DNA of 64,000 nt from Mobula hypostoma (GCF_963921235.1 NC_086097.1:239942001-240006000), one strand, 5' to 3'. Shown: positions 1 through 13,015, counted from the first letter of the stretch. Numbers and translations are program-made. Notes: a model not told the origin generated them from the letters alone.

Positions 1-2
1 CA

Positions 3-731
3 TTTGACGATACCGACGTGGATCGGTACTTTCTCCATTTCGAAAAAGTTGCTACAAGTCAGGACTGGCCGAGGGATAAGTGGGCTGTTTTGCTTCAGAG
101 TGTACTGAAAGGGAAAGCCCAACAAGCTTACTCAGCTTTGTCCGCGGAAGATGCCCAGAGGTATGAGGTGGTGAAAGAGGCCATCCTCAGGATTTATGAG
201 TTGGTCCCGGAGGCATACCGGCAGAGGTTCCAGAATGCGAGGAAGCAGTGGGACCGCACGTATTTAGAGTTTTCCCGTGAGATGCAGACATATTGTGAGC
301 GTTGGTGCGCCTCGAAGGGGGTAGAGGGGGATTATGACAGACTGCTACAGCTGATCCTGATTGAGCAGTTTAAAGGTTGTGTCCCTGAGGGTATGAGACC
401 CTACCTAGATGAGAAAGAGGCAGCCACGTTAGCTGCAACTGGTAAGTTAGCAGATGAGTATGCGTTGACGCATAAAATGAAGTTTGCCCCGAGTAAAGGC
501 TACCAGAAGGGTAGTCAGGACGGCGGGGAGAGTCCGCCAGAAAAGTCAGAAAGTAAGCTGGGGACTAGTGAGAAGGATAAGGTAGACCGGGAGCAGTCTG
601 GTAGGAAGTCTTCTGGGGTCGTCTGTTATAATTGCGGGAAAGTCGGACACTTTGCGTCCAGGTGCTTTGCCCCAAAGAAGGAGATGGGAAAAGGAAAAAC
701 GGCGATTTTGACTGGCTGTATCGGCTGGTAA
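3..731 (+). pseudogene. gag remnant: SCAN-like capsid region plus zinc knuckle
   Basis: Frame is open from the window edge. YELVPEAYRQRF...LILIEQF...LADEY resembles Gmr1/SCAN-type Gag. CYNCGKVGHFASRC (CX2CX4HX4C) at 624-665. Frameshift and stop near 720-731. Confidence 0.85.
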
Positions 732-2445
732 ACGAACTGCTAGGGAAGGACAGGTCTGCCAAAGTTCAGGAAGGGCTCAAGAGGTTTATCTCGGCCGGAT
801 TGGTGTCGGTGAAGGAGGGGTTAAAACCAGTTCCAGCGCGGATCTGGAGAGACACGGGAGCGTGTCAGTCACTGATACTGTATTAGAGTTTAGCTCAGAG
901 ACCCAGACTGGGGAGGTCAAGTTCAAAGGTATTGGGGAAGGGACAGAGTCAGTCCCTTTGCACCAGATACACTTACATAGCAACCTGGTCTCTGGACTAG
1001 TCACGATCGGGGTGAGGTCTGAATTACCGATGAAAGGCGTGGAAGTCTTGCTCGGTAATGACCTAGCCGGGGGAATCGTGTTCAAAGCAGTGAGATTGAC
1101 AGGTCAGCCTGCCAGCAGTGAGGCCCCGCCCATGGACTCACAGGTTCATCACGGGACTGCGGTAGTAAATTTAGCTGAGACGTTTCTGCCAGCCTTGTAC
1201 GAGAAGGGGGTAGAAAGTGAAAAGAAGGAGTGTAGTGAGACAAGAGGTAGTGAGGGAGCTGAGACAGACTTAGCATTAGCCAGGAAAGAAATTGTGCAGG
1301 CACAGGAGCGAGACGAGGGGCTGATGGTTTTGGCAGAGACAGCTCTCTCTGACACAGACTTAACAAGGGAACTAGTAGGCTATTGTGTGGAGGAGGAAGT
1401 GCTAAGGAAGAGAGGGAAACCAAGTGCCGTGCCCGCAGATGAGGAATGGGGGGTGGTGCAAAAGAGTTATGGGGATGAGGTTTTTAACCTGACCCACAAG
1501 GTACCCCCCGGTGGACATTTTGTGGTGCTGGAGAAAACAGTTGGTGGAGTCATGAAAGAGGTTTACTGGCTGCACCGGAGGAAGGATGTTATTGATGATG
1601 ACCGACGCAAACTGAGACGGTCACAGGCTTTTGATATGCTAACAAACCTAGTCGGTGTTAGCGCGGAAATCAATGAAGCTAGGGTCCCCCCGTTAAGAGA
1701 AAAAAACCATTTTGAAAAGATGAGTATGGTATCGACCAGATGGGAGAAGGCTATTGTTTTGGCCAGGTCTGCTGATAAGGTCTCTCCCTTAATCCCTGAA
1801 CAAAGCGACTCTTTAGGAGTAATTAAACGACTCGCACCCGTGTGTTTGATTGTCCCGAGGCGATGCAAATAACTGGGATGTTGGGTGGTGCTTGTTACAC
1901 TAGGCCAGCATAGCGAGCAACAACCTTATAGAATGAGTAATTCAGTGACTAAAGGGCTGACGAACACAGAGGTGTGTATTGGCAATGTAATATGGCTGTC
2001 TGAAGCCAGCTTGATAGTGAACCTTGAAAAAAATGAGTTCGGCTACACGAAGGCCACTTACCTGGGAATTGTGGTGACACAGGGGCAGCTGGCAGCGATG
2101 CAAGCTAAAGTGCGGGCTATCTCTGACATCCCAACCCCGACAGACAAGAGGGCCCTCAGAAGGCTCTTGGAGATGGTGGGGTACTGTAGGAAGTTTTGCA
2201 ATAACTCTGCGGTTACTACCCCTCCCCCTCCTACTAAGCCCTTGCGAGAGAAAACTAAGTCAGAATGGGACGACCCTTGTTATTGTGGTCTGGGACCGAA
2301 ACCCAATGAGGGGTTACATTGATCGCAATTCATCAGTGTTTTTGGCTACTATGAAGTTTGCTAAATTGGAGCCTGGTCTAAGGGATTATTAATAACACAT
2401 ATAAAAGGAACAGAAAATGTGATGGCTGACTGTCTGTCAGGTGTT
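732..2445 (+). pseudogene. pol remnant (PR - IN fragment - RT fragment - RNase H C-terminus)
   Basis: RDTGACQSLI (~848-880) and LLGNDLAGG (protease); H..PPGGHF..KT...VYW (integrase Zn-finger N-part); QPYR, degenerate YIDD region and YLG...RRLLEMVGYCRKF (RT); HIKGTENVMADCLS (~2398-2440, RNase H end). Several frameshifts and stops. Confidence 0.8.
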
Positions 2446-2552
2446 GACAACTTCAAACTCGCTGTATTAGCCAAATAGCTGATAAAGATGTATATTTGTG
2501 TATATCAAATAATGTATTCATGTTTGTAATTTTTACCCCGGTAAAAATCCTT

Positions 2553-2564
2553 AAAGGGGGGAAG
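2553..2564 (+). other. polypurine tract
   Basis: AAAGGGGGGAAG immediately 5' of the LTR-initial TG. Confidence 0.85.
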
Positions 2565-3419
2565 TGTGACAAGAATACACATAGATTACGATGTAGCTGT
2601 CCTGTGCTGGCACCAGTGGAATCGGCAGCTGGTCTGCCACCTGTCTTCAGGAGAGAGAGAGAGAGATAAGGAAAACAATGGAGCAGCATTTGGAGATGTT
2701 AATGAAGGGAAGGAGAGCTGTCAAGATCGGCTCCCCCTTTGAACCCTGAACTCTTTGAAGTGATGGACAAGCGATACCCCAGCAGGGGGATAAAAAGGGA
2801 CAGATTTTCTAAGGCAGGATGCACACGACACCCGAGGTAACAAGACCCTGGAAGCGGTGCGTCTCTCACAAGTCAGTGGGAAGTACCGGGCCATAGATGC
2901 ACAGGGTGGAAAGGCACGATCGGCGGGAACCTGGTGTGTGTCCACCCTTGCCTGGGTGTCAGGTTCACCGCAGGGAAATGATCGTATCTGGAAACGGAGG
3001 GGTCACGGTCGGTGACCTCAGATGACATCACAAAGGACTCACCCGAAAGCTGACTGCGAAGGTCTGTATGGAAGCCTTGAATATTCATTCATTTTGCTCT
3101 CTCTCTCTCCTTCCCCCCACTGTCCATCGCCACGGCAGCGATTACTGCGAACTGAACTGAACTAAATTGAACTGAACTTTGTGTCACTTTGAAACTGGTC
3201 ATTTACCCCTAGACAACGATAGAGCTTGATTGATCCTGTTATCTTAATTCTGTGTACATGTGTGTTTATCATTGCTGAACTGTTGCATTTATTATGCTTT
3301 TGATTAGAGTACTGTGTTGCTTGTTTCTTTAATAAAACTTTCTTAGTTCTAGTAATCCAGACTCCAACTGAGTGATCCATTTCTGCTGGTTTGGCAACCC
3401 AGTTACGGTGTACGTAACA
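2565..3419 (+). repeat. 3' LTR (~855 bp)
   Basis: Starts TGTGAC after the PPT and ends GTAACA (imperfect terminal inverted repeat). TATA-like GATAAAAAG near 2789; AATAAA at 3331-3336. Confidence 0.8.
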
Positions 3420-3649
3420 CATTACAGACGGCCGAGTTTCACTGATGTGACATCGTATGCTGCGACATTTCACCTTTTTGACAGCTATATGGACAGGAAA
3501 GGAATAGAGGGTGATGGGCTGAGTGCAGGTCGGTGAGACTAGGCGAGAGTAAGAGTTCGGCACGGACTAGAAGGAGATGGCCTGTTTCCGTGCTGTAATT
3601 GTTATATGGTTATATGGTTTTCAATTTGTCTGCATTTTACCTTGTTCAG

Positions 3650-3720
3650 AGTTCCCTGCTGCATCATGTGACACATCCCCTCTGCTCAAACTTGTCAACT
3701 GGGCCCCTAGAACTAAACCA
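3650..3720 (+). CDS. candidate internal exon of host gene (71 nt)
   Basis: Acceptor ttttaccttgttcAG, donor GTAAGA, non-repeat context, two open frames. It does not join the downstream exons in their preferred frame without an extra exon. Confidence 0.35.
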
Positions 3721-4334
3721 GTAAGATTCAGGGTAAATAACATGATCACTTACTTCTTCAATATTTAGACAAAACAAATTTGGTGGCTTCCTCCACTTCA
3801 CAAAGTTCAAAGCGGCCATTGCATAATATAGAAGAAATGCAAGGTCAATATGCTTCAGCTGCAATTTATTATCTTATTTCAAAATAGACAAGCTGATCCC
3901 ATAAACAAATTCAGGAGCCAAAATGAACAGCACACAGGGAGCAGCGATCTGCTTTATATTGCTTGGATCTAACAGCAAAGTAACATCATAAAGCCAAGTG
4001 TTGTCAGATCTTGTTAAAGTCTTTGAAGACAACTGATATTGGAAACATACGATCATTCAAGGCAGTGATAGTGCTGGCAAATCGCAAATGCAATTAGTGT
4101 TTCTGCTTTGTCAACACTAATGAAACTTCAGATGCAAACGAGAGCAAGCCTTTTACTTAGTCATTCCACTTCCAGCTAGTGCTCTAGAGTTTACCACCAG
4201 GTGCCACCATTCCCTTCGTGGTTGAAGTGCCTGGCTCCATCAGATGCTGTTTTATCTATGCTCCGGCATGTTCCTGAACCTTCTGACATTTCCAACCAAA
4301 CAAAATAAACTCGTCAAACAAAATGAGCAAGGAT

Positions 4335-4805
4335 GGCACGGCAGTAGAGTGGTTAACGCATTGCCTTACAGCACCAGCGGCCCTAGTTCAGAATCAGATT
4401 AAGAATCGGGTTTAGTATCACCACATATGTCGTGAAATTTGTTAACTTAGCAGCAGCAGCAGTACAGTGCAATACATGATAAATACAGAAAAAATGGATT
4501 ACGTATATTAAATACTTAAATTAAAAATAGATGCAAAAACAGAAATAGTGAAAATGGTGAGGTGGCGTTCCTGGTTTCAGTGTCCATTTAGAAATCAGAT
4601 GGCAGGGGGAAGAAGCTCTTCCTGAATCGCTGAGGGTGTGATTTCCATTGCTGTCTGTAAGGAGTTTGTACGTTCTCCCCATGACCACATGGGTTTCCTC
4701 AGGGTGCTCTGGTTTCCTCCCACGTTCCAGAGATGTACGGGTTAGTAGGTTAATTGGCAACATGGGTGCAATTGGGTGGTGCGAGCTCATTGGGCCAGCA
4801 GGGAT
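4335..4805 (+). mobile_element. V-SINE (HE1-like), interrupted by another repeat fragment
   Basis: tRNA-like head (GGCAGTAGAGTGGTTA..) and V-domain-like GGAGTTTGTACGTTCTCCCCATGACCACATGGGTTTCCTC at ~4660. Related copies at ~9520-9695, 18190-18490(-), 22090-22680 (two), 30240-30520 and 54460-55040(-). Confidence 0.7.
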
Positions 4806-4807
4806 GG

Positions 4808-5490
4808 TTAGATTATGAGAACACTCAGTCTTCTTTCATTGTCATTTAGAAATGCATACATGCATTAAGAAATGATACAGTGTTTCTCCGGAGTGATACC
4901 ACAGAAAACAGGACAAACCAAAGACTAACACTGACAGAACCACATAATTATAACATATAGTTACAGCAGTGCAAAGCAATACCATAATTTGATGAAGAAC
5001 AAACCATGGGCACGGTAAATAAAGTCTCAAAAGTCCCCGAGTTGTTTGACTTCTGAGTCCCCGATAGCAGGCGGCAAAAGGGAGAAACTCCCTGCCATAA
5101 ACCTCCAGGCACCGTCAAATTGCCGATGCCTCGGAAGCAGTTGACCACGGCCGACGCTGAGTCTGTCTGTACGAAAATTTCGAGCTTCCGACCAGCCTCT
5201 CCGATACAGCCTCCTGAGTGCCACCCTCTGCCGAGCGCCTTCGACCTCGCCCCAGCCACTGAAACACGCAAAGCCGAGGATTTCGGGACCTTCTGCTCCA
5301 GAGATTCTGGTTAAAACACAGTAGCAGCGGCAGCGAAGCAGGAATTTCAGAAGTTTTCTAGTTGTTCCTCCATACTCTTCCATCCATCTCCATCAAATCA
5401 GAATTGTACACAGTCCCCTACTTGACAGATAACAGACATTATCACCGAAGTGGCCGCGGGCGCTGCCGTCACACCACCATCTTCTCCTCC
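4808..5490 (-). mobile_element. non-autonomous LINE-derived element
   Basis: GC-rich 5' end GGAGGAGAAGATGGTGGTGTGACGG and short-repeat 3' tail; no ORF. Family assignment is inferred. Confidence 0.45.
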
Positions 5491-5844
5491 TACTCCAGCT
5501 ACTCTGCTGTATCTCAAAATTAATGTAAAAATCTAGTGATAGAAGAGAGAATTTGAAGGCATGCTGAATGTGGAAATAACAAGGTATTAAAACACACATC
5601 TGTCTCACCACTGTTCACAGTCAATGTGCTACATACAAACACGATCACATTTGGCGTGTATTTTTATCCAGCAAACTTTAACCATGGTACTTTTCACCGA
5701 GAGCTTTTGATGATAGCCTAATTGTAGTTGGTAAAGGGAAAACTCTAAACAGGCTCATGCTGAGCATGGCTATAAGGTCTCACGGTTCAACTGATCTTGA
5801 TGTAGCTTCTTAGAGATGCATTGATTTCCTTGGTTTACTTAAGA

Positions 5845-6837
5845 TATTCATTTGGTATATATTAATGACTTGGATGAGGGAATTAAATGCAGCATCTCCA
5901 AGTTTGCGGATGACACGAAGCTGGGTGGCAGTGTTAGCAGTGAGGAGGATGCTAAGAGGATGCAGGGTGACTTGGATAGGTTGGGTGAGTGGGCAAACTC
6001 ATGGCAGATGCAATTTAATGTGGATAAATGTGAAGTTATCCACTTTGGTGGCAAAAATAGGAAAACAGATTATTATCTGAATGGTGGCCGATTAGGAAAA
6101 GGGGAGGTGCAACGAGACCTGGGTGTCATTATACACCAGTCATTGAAAGTGGGCATGCAGGTACAGCAGGCGGTGAAAAAGGCGAACGGTATGCTGGCAT
6201 TTATAGCGAGAGGATTCGAGTACAGGAGCAGGGAGGTACTACTGCAGTTGTACAAGGCCTTGGTGAGACCACACCTGGAGTATTGTGTGCAGTTTTGGTC
6301 CCCTAATCTGAGGAAAGACATCTTTGCCATAGAGGGAGTACAAAGAAGGTTCACCAGATTGATTCCTGGGATGGCAGGTCTTTCATATGAAGAAAGACTG
6401 GATGAACTGGGCTTGTACTCGTTGGAATTTAGAAGATTGAGGGGGGATCTGATTGAAACGTATAAGATCCTACAGGGATTGGACAGGCTAGATGCGGGAA
6501 GATTGTTCCCGATGTTAGGGAGGTCCAGAACGAGGGGTCACAGTTTGAGGATACAGGGGAAGCCTTTTAGGACCGAGGTTAGGAAAAACTTCTTCACACA
6601 GAGAGTGGTGAATCTGTGGAATTCTCTGCCACAGCAAACTGTTGAGGCCAGTTCATTAGCTATGTTTAAAAGGAAGTTAGATATGGCCCTTGTGGCTACA
6701 GGGGTCAGGGGGTATGAAGGGAAGGCTGGGTTCTGAGTTGGATGATCAGCCATGATCATAATAAATGGCGGTGCAGGCTCGAAGGGCCGAATGGCCTACT
6801 CCTGCACCTATTTTCTATGTTTCTATGTTTCTATGTT
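5845..6837 (+). mobile_element. CR1-type LINE, 5'-truncated, young (RT C-terminus and 3' UTR)
   Basis: ORF 5852-6736 with YINDLD..KFADDTK, FNVDKC, LYKALVRPHLEYCVQFWSP and FTQRVVNLWNSLP; ends in (TTTCTATG)n tail. Confidence 0.95.
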
Positions 6838-6878
6838 TAATTACTAGGCAACTGCATTCAGATGCATCAGGAGACATA

Positions 6879-7357
6879 CAGTACTGTGCAAAAGTCTTGG
6901 TACCTATATGAGTATATATAGCAAGAGTGCCTCAAAGTTTTGCACAGTACTGTAATAATTTTATGTATTGCAATGTACCACCACTGCTGCAAAAAAAAAA
7001 ACAAATTTTATGACGTATGTGAGTGATGATAAACCTGATTCTGATACGGGTCTCTGTTGTGGACTGAAAGGGGGCAGAGAGAGGGAAATCATGGTTGGGA
7101 AAGGGGAAGGGAACGAGAAGTATTCTGTAATGGTCAACTACCAAATTGTTTGGAAGCAAATGACCTTACCTCATGTCTCAGGGCTGGGTGTGTCTGTACC
7201 TGCGCTACACCCTCCCATCCCCTTGCACTCCTTCTCTGCCACACCTCCCACGGCACTCCACAGTTGCCTATCCCAACATCCTATGCTCCCGCCAGATTTA
7301 CAAACGCCCTCTCCACTCCATGTTGACAAATACAGCACTGTGCAAAAGTCTTAGGCA
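6879..7357 (+). mobile_element. composite Tc1-like MITE (74-bp hairpin MITE + cargo + second partial MITE)
   Basis: TA|CAGTACTGTGCAAAAG...TTTTGCACAGTACTG|TA at 6879-6952. A second CAGCACTGTGCAAAAGTCTTAGGCA at 7333-7357 is cut by a Penelope insertion. Confidence 0.7.
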
Positions 7358-7828
7358 ACACACATCAAAGTTGCTAGTGAACGCAGCAGGCCAGGCAGCA
7401 TCTCTAGGAAGAGATACGGTTGACATTTCAGGCCGAGACCCTTCATCAGGACTAACTGAAGGAAGAGTTAGTAAGAGATTTGAAAGTGGGAGGGTGAGTG
7501 GGAGATCCAAAATGATAGGAGAAGACAGGAGGGGGAGGGATGGAGCCAAGAGCTGGACAGGTGATTGGCAAAGGGGATATGAGAGGATCATGGGACAGGA
7601 GGTCCGGGGAGAAAGACGGGGGGGGGAACCCAGAGGATGGGCAAGGGGTATAGTCAGAGGGACAGAGGGAGAAAAAGGAGGGTGAGAGAAAGAATGTGTG
7701 TATAAAAATAAATAACGGATGGGGTACGAGGGGGAGGTGGGGCATTAGCGGAAGTGAGAGAAGTCAATGTTCATGCCATCAGGTTGGAGGCTACCCAGAC
7801 GGAATATAAGGTGTTGTTCCTCGAACCT
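7355..7828 (-). mobile_element. Penelope-like element 3' end with hammerhead motif (7418-7453)
   Basis: Closely similar to 58327-58923. Minus strand reads AGTC CTGATGA A GGGTCTCGGCCT GAAATGTC AACC. Confidence 0.85.
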
Positions 7829-7839
7829 TAAATTGATCA

Positions 7840-8165
7840 TAAAAAAGAAAAAGAAATAAAAAGAAAAATATATTTATACAAAGAAACCCCCCCCCCAAAA
7901 AAAAGAACTAAATACTAAACCCAAAAAAAGCAAACGGACCAAAACAAGGCTAGACCAATATCTTAAATCGAACACGTTGAATAATGCTGTGAACTCCGCT
8001 CCTCTATTCATATATTTTAAGTTAATAATGAAGATTCGGAAAGGTCAAATTACATTATATGAAAATATTGCATAAAATGTTTCCAAGTTTCTTCAAATTT
8101 AACTGAAGGTCAAAAATATCACTTCTAATTTCTTCTAAATTTAAACTTAATATAGTTTGGGAAAT
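7840..8165 (-). mobile_element. L1/Tx1-like LINE 3' end fragment
   Basis: Minus strand encodes LNLEEIRSD...KFEETWKHF..YF, resembling an L1 ORF2 C-terminus, followed by a T-rich UTR. Confidence 0.55.
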
Positions 8166-8269
8166 TGTCAACCTTTTAACCTACATTAAGATGAATCTAA
8201 CCCTTCCCTCCTAGATAGGCCTCCATTTTTTTTAATCATCTGTGTGTCTAAGATTTTCTGAAATGTCCG

Positions 8270-9486
8270 ATCGCAAGTGATCCCTCAACACCACCTCTTT
8301 AGTCAAGAAAGCACGACAACGTCTCCACGTGTGAGGAGACTGAGGTGAGTGAAGCTACCCCCTCCTCCACTCTAGCGAAGTTTTACAGGAGTACCGTTGA
8401 GAGTGTCCTGACTAGCTGCATCACCACATGGTTCAGGAATTGCAAGGCTTCAGACTGCAAGACGCTATGAAGTATTGTGAGGACCGCTGAGAGGATCATC
8501 AGCAGATCTCTCTGCCACCCATTAAAGATATTCATCAGGAGCGCTGTGTACGCAGGGCCCTTAGCATCGTCGTGATCTCTCCCATCCGTTCCACAATTGC
8601 TTTGATCCCCTGCCATCAGGCGGGAAGTACCGTAGCATTAGGACAAGGACTGATAGGATAGTAAAGAGCATCTTCCCCCAGGCTGGAGACTACTGAACTC
8701 CCTGCCATAAGTGAGAAGTCTCATTACTTATGAAGCACCAGTAATTTTTAACTTGTCTTGTAAATGCACATTATGTTAAATAGAAACATAGAAAATAGGT
8801 GCAGGAGTAGGCCATTCGGCCCTTCGAGCCTGCACCACCATTTATTATGATCATGGCTGATCATCCAACTCAGAACCCCGCCCCAGCCTTCCCTCCATGC
8901 CCCCTGACCCCCGTAGCCACAAGGGCCATATCTAACTCCCTCTTAAATATAGCCAATGAACTGGCCTCAACTGTTTCCTGTGGAGGAGAATTCCACAGAT
9001 TCACCACTCTCTGTGTGAAGAAGTTTTTCCTAATCTCGGTCCTAAAAGGCTTCCCCTCTATCCTCAAACGGTGGCCCCTCGTTCTGGACTTCCCCAACAT
9101 CGGAAACAATCTTCCTGCATCTAGCCTGTCCAATCCCTTTAGGATCTTATACATTTCAATCAGATCCCCCCTCAATCTTCTAAATTCCAACGAGTACAAG
9201 CCCAGTTCATCCAGTCTTTCTTCATATGAAAGTCCTGCCATCCCAGGAGTCAATCTGGTGAACCTTCTTTGTACTCCCTCTATGGCAAGGATGTCTTTCC
9301 TCAGATTAGGGGACCAAAACTGCACACAGTTATTTGTTCACTTACTTGTGGTAATATTACTTTGTGCATTGCCTGTGAGTTATATGCATTGTATTGTGTG
9401 CCTTGGTGCGGAGGAACATTTTTTTCATTTGGCGGTTTCCATGTATGCAGTGGAAGTGACAATTTACGTGAACTTGAACTTGAACT
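8270..9486 (+). mobile_element. old Rex1/Babar-like LINE 3' fragment, interrupted by CR1 at 8781-9329
   Basis: FYRSTVESVLTSCITTWF motif; (GAACTT)n tail at ~9470-9486. Confidence 0.7.
8781..9329 (-). mobile_element. CR1 LINE 3' fragment, same young subfamily as 5845-6837
   Basis: Translation QFWSPNLRKDILAIEGVQRRFTRL... is nearly identical to the + copy and has the same tail. Further copies at 37433-37926(-) and 54646-54954(-). Confidence 0.95.
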
Positions 9487-11129
9487 AATGTATCTGCCTC
9501 TACCACCATCCCTAGAGACACAATAGCATAGCAGTTAACATAATTTTATTACAGTGTCACTGACCCGGTTTGAATTCCGCTACCTGTAAGGAGTTTGTAC
9601 CTCCAAAGAGGTACAGGTTAGTAGGTTAATTGGTCACGTTCTGCAGTGCAGGATCATTGGGCTAGTAAGGCCGGTTACTGTGCTTTATCTCTAATATCAT
9701 TAAGAGGCCGGGGGAAAATTAGCTTCGACGGGAACCACGAGGAAGTCAGACTGAGCTTCAATATCAATGAGCCATCACTTTAGCATCACAACCTTGCTGC
9801 CGAAACTCCTCATGGCTGGCTTAAAAACGAATCAAGACTCGAGATTATTAATAATCATTCTTCAATACCTGAGTGTGACAGAGAATGAAATGGTTGTTAC
9901 TCCAGATCCAATGCAGCATTAGAACGAAACAATAACTAGACGGAACACAATTTAAAAAGCAGAATAAATATAAATATCATTTCAAGTTCAATTTTATTGT
10001 CATCTGAACAAAGCAACGTTCCTCTGGACCGCAGTACTTCCACAATACAGTAAGAACAATCCTATAAAGCACAGTGTACAAGTAACTGTTTGAGTGTGGA
10101 CATCAGACATACATACGATTAGCTGATATACATAGACTGATTGTATGTACGTAAAGCAACTCTCACTGGAAATGATAGTGACAAAGTGACCCTGTTCAGA
10201 CAGTCTCTTCTAGATAGCTGCAGGGCTTCTGAGACCTCAATAGGACAGTGACTGTGTCAGTGTGGGTATGGGGTGTGGAGTCGAAGAGTGAAGTGGCATG
10301 GGGGGGTGGATGAAGGGTGCTGGGGGGACCATGGAGAGGAGTGGCTGATGTAGATGCAGTGGTGGCAGGGTGGGTGACTGGTTGGAGGTGTTAATCGGCC
10401 TCATGGCTTGTGGGGAGTGACTGGTTTTCTTTTGAGTCCAACAGATCTGGCATAGACGCTGCGTAGCCTGTTCCCTAATCGGTGTGGGACGAACCATCCT
10501 TACGCAGGGTAGTACCGCACGTACAGATATTGCATCAAAATCCTGAAACTCCTGGCCAAATAGCACTGATTAAGTCCACTACAAGAACAGCAGCAAATCA
10601 ATAAGGCTGCTCCACGCCAGCTTTTCAGATGCAGCAATGGAACGGCTGTAAAGACCATTCACATTTTGTGTGGGAGTAATAATAAAGATTAACCGAAGAC
10701 AGCAGCTTATCTTTTCCAACATTTATCTACTTACAGTCAATCAAAATGCAATGACCTTCAGAGATTCACTTCTGCGAGTGAGTTAAGAGTAAGGAAGGAA
10801 AAGACCATACGACCATAAGACAAAAGAGCAGAAGTCGGCCATTCAGCCCATCGAGTCTGCTTCGCCATTTTATCATGAGCTGATCCATTCTCCCATTTAG
10901 TCCCACTCCCCCGCCTTCTCACCATAACCTTTGATGCCCTGGCTACTCAGATACCTATCAATCTCTGCCTTAAATACACCCAATGACTTGGCCTCCACTG
11001 CCGTCCGTGGCAACAAATTCCATCGGTTCACCACCCTCTGACTAAAAAAGGGTTTGTTCCTGTATAGCACATTAGAATCAGGTAAAGTATAACTTCCATT
11101 TATGGCCGAGGTGTTTCCAAAACGAGAAA

Positions 11130-11720
11130 AGGAGCAGCCTCTGCAGAAGGCTGAGTGCTGAGTGTCAACATATCTGAGGGTCTATGCTGGGCCTAAAATA
11201 TTGATGCAATTTCGTAGGCAACATGTCAGTGACTATATTTCCTTAGGAGTTTGAGAATATTTGGTATGTTACCAAAAACTGAACTAATTTCTACGGATGT
11301 TTCTACGGGGAGAGTAGTCTGTTTGGTTGCATCACCGTCCGGTATGCAGTGACCACCGCACAGGATCAGAAAGGGCAGCAGGAGGCTGCAAGTTCAGCCA
11401 GCTCCATCATGGGCTCAAGCCTCCCGGCATCAAGGGCATTCTCAAAAGGCCGTGCCTCAAAAAGATATCGAGGACCCCCACCATCCAGGACATGCTCTCT
11501 TCTCACCGCTGCCATCAGGAAGAAGCCACAGGAGCCTCAGGACTCACACCACCAGGTTCAGGAAAAGTTATTAACCCTCAACCATCAGGGTCTTGAACCA
11601 GAGGGGATAACTTCACTCAACTTTGTTCACCTCATCTCTGAACTGTTCCACAGCTAATGGATCTATTTTCAAGGACTCTTCAAATCATGTTCTCAATATT
11701 TATTGGCTATTTGTTATTAT
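11130..11720 (+). mobile_element. decayed Rex1/Babar-like LINE fragment
   Basis: Degenerate YFLRSLR.FG...NFY...ESSL.GCIT.WY pattern and downstream HP...L.PSGRR. Confidence 0.6.
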
Positions 11721-12154
11721 TTACAAAAGCACACTTTTTTCTCAGCTCAGGCTGGTAAAACCTGAGGTGCAGGCATAGCGAAGCATGCTCATTTGTCAAT
11801 TGCTAGGAACTTTTCAGACTATTCTAGTGATGTTTAGTATTGTGGATTTCTGAAGTTTTACCTAGATATGGCTGTGTTGACCTAATTGTTTAATGCTTTT
11901 GTGTAGTGATTTTGAGATGATGTCAGCTGTCTATATTACTACCAGGACAATGTATACCGTGTTCATGTTCCCAAGTCTTTCAATTTCCTCTTTTAATTCA
12001 TTATATTTCTAGTGTTTTTCACTTATTAATTTCTGTATGTTATGTGTATTTGGAATGGCAAGATCTATTAAGTAAGTTGTTCTTGTTTGTTCATCCTGTA
12101 TTATTTTATCCAGATGGTTATTTTGCTAACTATACATTTGCCTTCCTTACCACT

Positions 12155-13015
12155 GACTCAACCTGCTAGTTAAACTCTAGGGATCCTGAACAAGGACTCC
12201 CCAGTCCCTCTGCAGCTCTGATTTTCTCCCCATTTACGAAGTATTCCTTTTGCCAAAGTGAATGACCATGTAATTCCTTACATCTGTCACCTCTTCGCTC
12301 ATTCCCCCACTCTGCCCAAATCCTTCTGCAGACTCCCTGCCTCCTCAACAGTACCTGCCCTCCACCTATTTCCCTATCATCTGCAAACTTGGCCACAGAG
12401 CCATCAATTGCTTCATCTAAATCATTGACGTACAATGTGAAAAGAAGCGGTCCCAACACCCATCCCTACGGCATACTACTAGTCACTGGCAACAGACCAG
12501 AAAAGATCCCCTTTAATCACACTTCTTAACTCCTGCCAGTGATTCAACCGTCTATACATTCTGGTAACTTTACTGCTATACCACGGGCTCTTATTTTGTT
12601 AAGCAGCCTCATGCACAGTGCCTTGTCAGAGGTCTTCTGAAAATCCAAATAAACAACATCCACTGACTCTCCTTTGACTATCCTGCCTGGTATTTCCTCA
12701 ATGAATTCCAACAGATTTGTCAGGCAAGATATTCCCAAGAGAAAACCATGCTGTCTTTGGCCTATTTTATCATGTGCCTTCAAGTACCCTGAAACCTCAT
12801 CTTTAACAATAGACTCCAACATCTTTCCAACCACTGAAGTCAGGATAACTGGCATGTAATTTCCTTTCTACAGCCTCACTCCCTTCTTAAAGAGTGGAGT
12901 GATATTTGCAAAGTTCCAGTCCTCCGGGACCATTCCAAAATCTAATGATTCTTGAAATATCAATACTAATTCCTTTACAATCTCTTCAGCAACCTCCTTC
13001 AGAACTCTGGGGTGT
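12155..13015 (-). mobile_element. CR1 LINE RT fragment
   Basis: LTSVVGKMLESI, QHGF..SCLTNLLEF, VDVVYLDFQK, LGPLLFTLYVNDL, KFADD. Confidence 0.9.

Larger units (their letters stand above)
1..3419 (+). mobile_element. Gypsy (Ty3) LTR retrotransposon, Gmr1-like; decayed and internally deleted; 5' part outside the window
   Basis: Gag with CCHC knuckle, aspartic protease motif RDTGA, integrase HH remnant ahead of RT and RNase H remnants, PPT, and a TG...CA 3' LTR. Confidence 0.9.

Noticed and set aside
5852..6736. 294-aa ORF (and the ORFs at 19865, 48791 and 50955) as host genes
   Set aside because: They are 5'-truncated LINE RT C-termini with repeat tails and multiple copies in the window.
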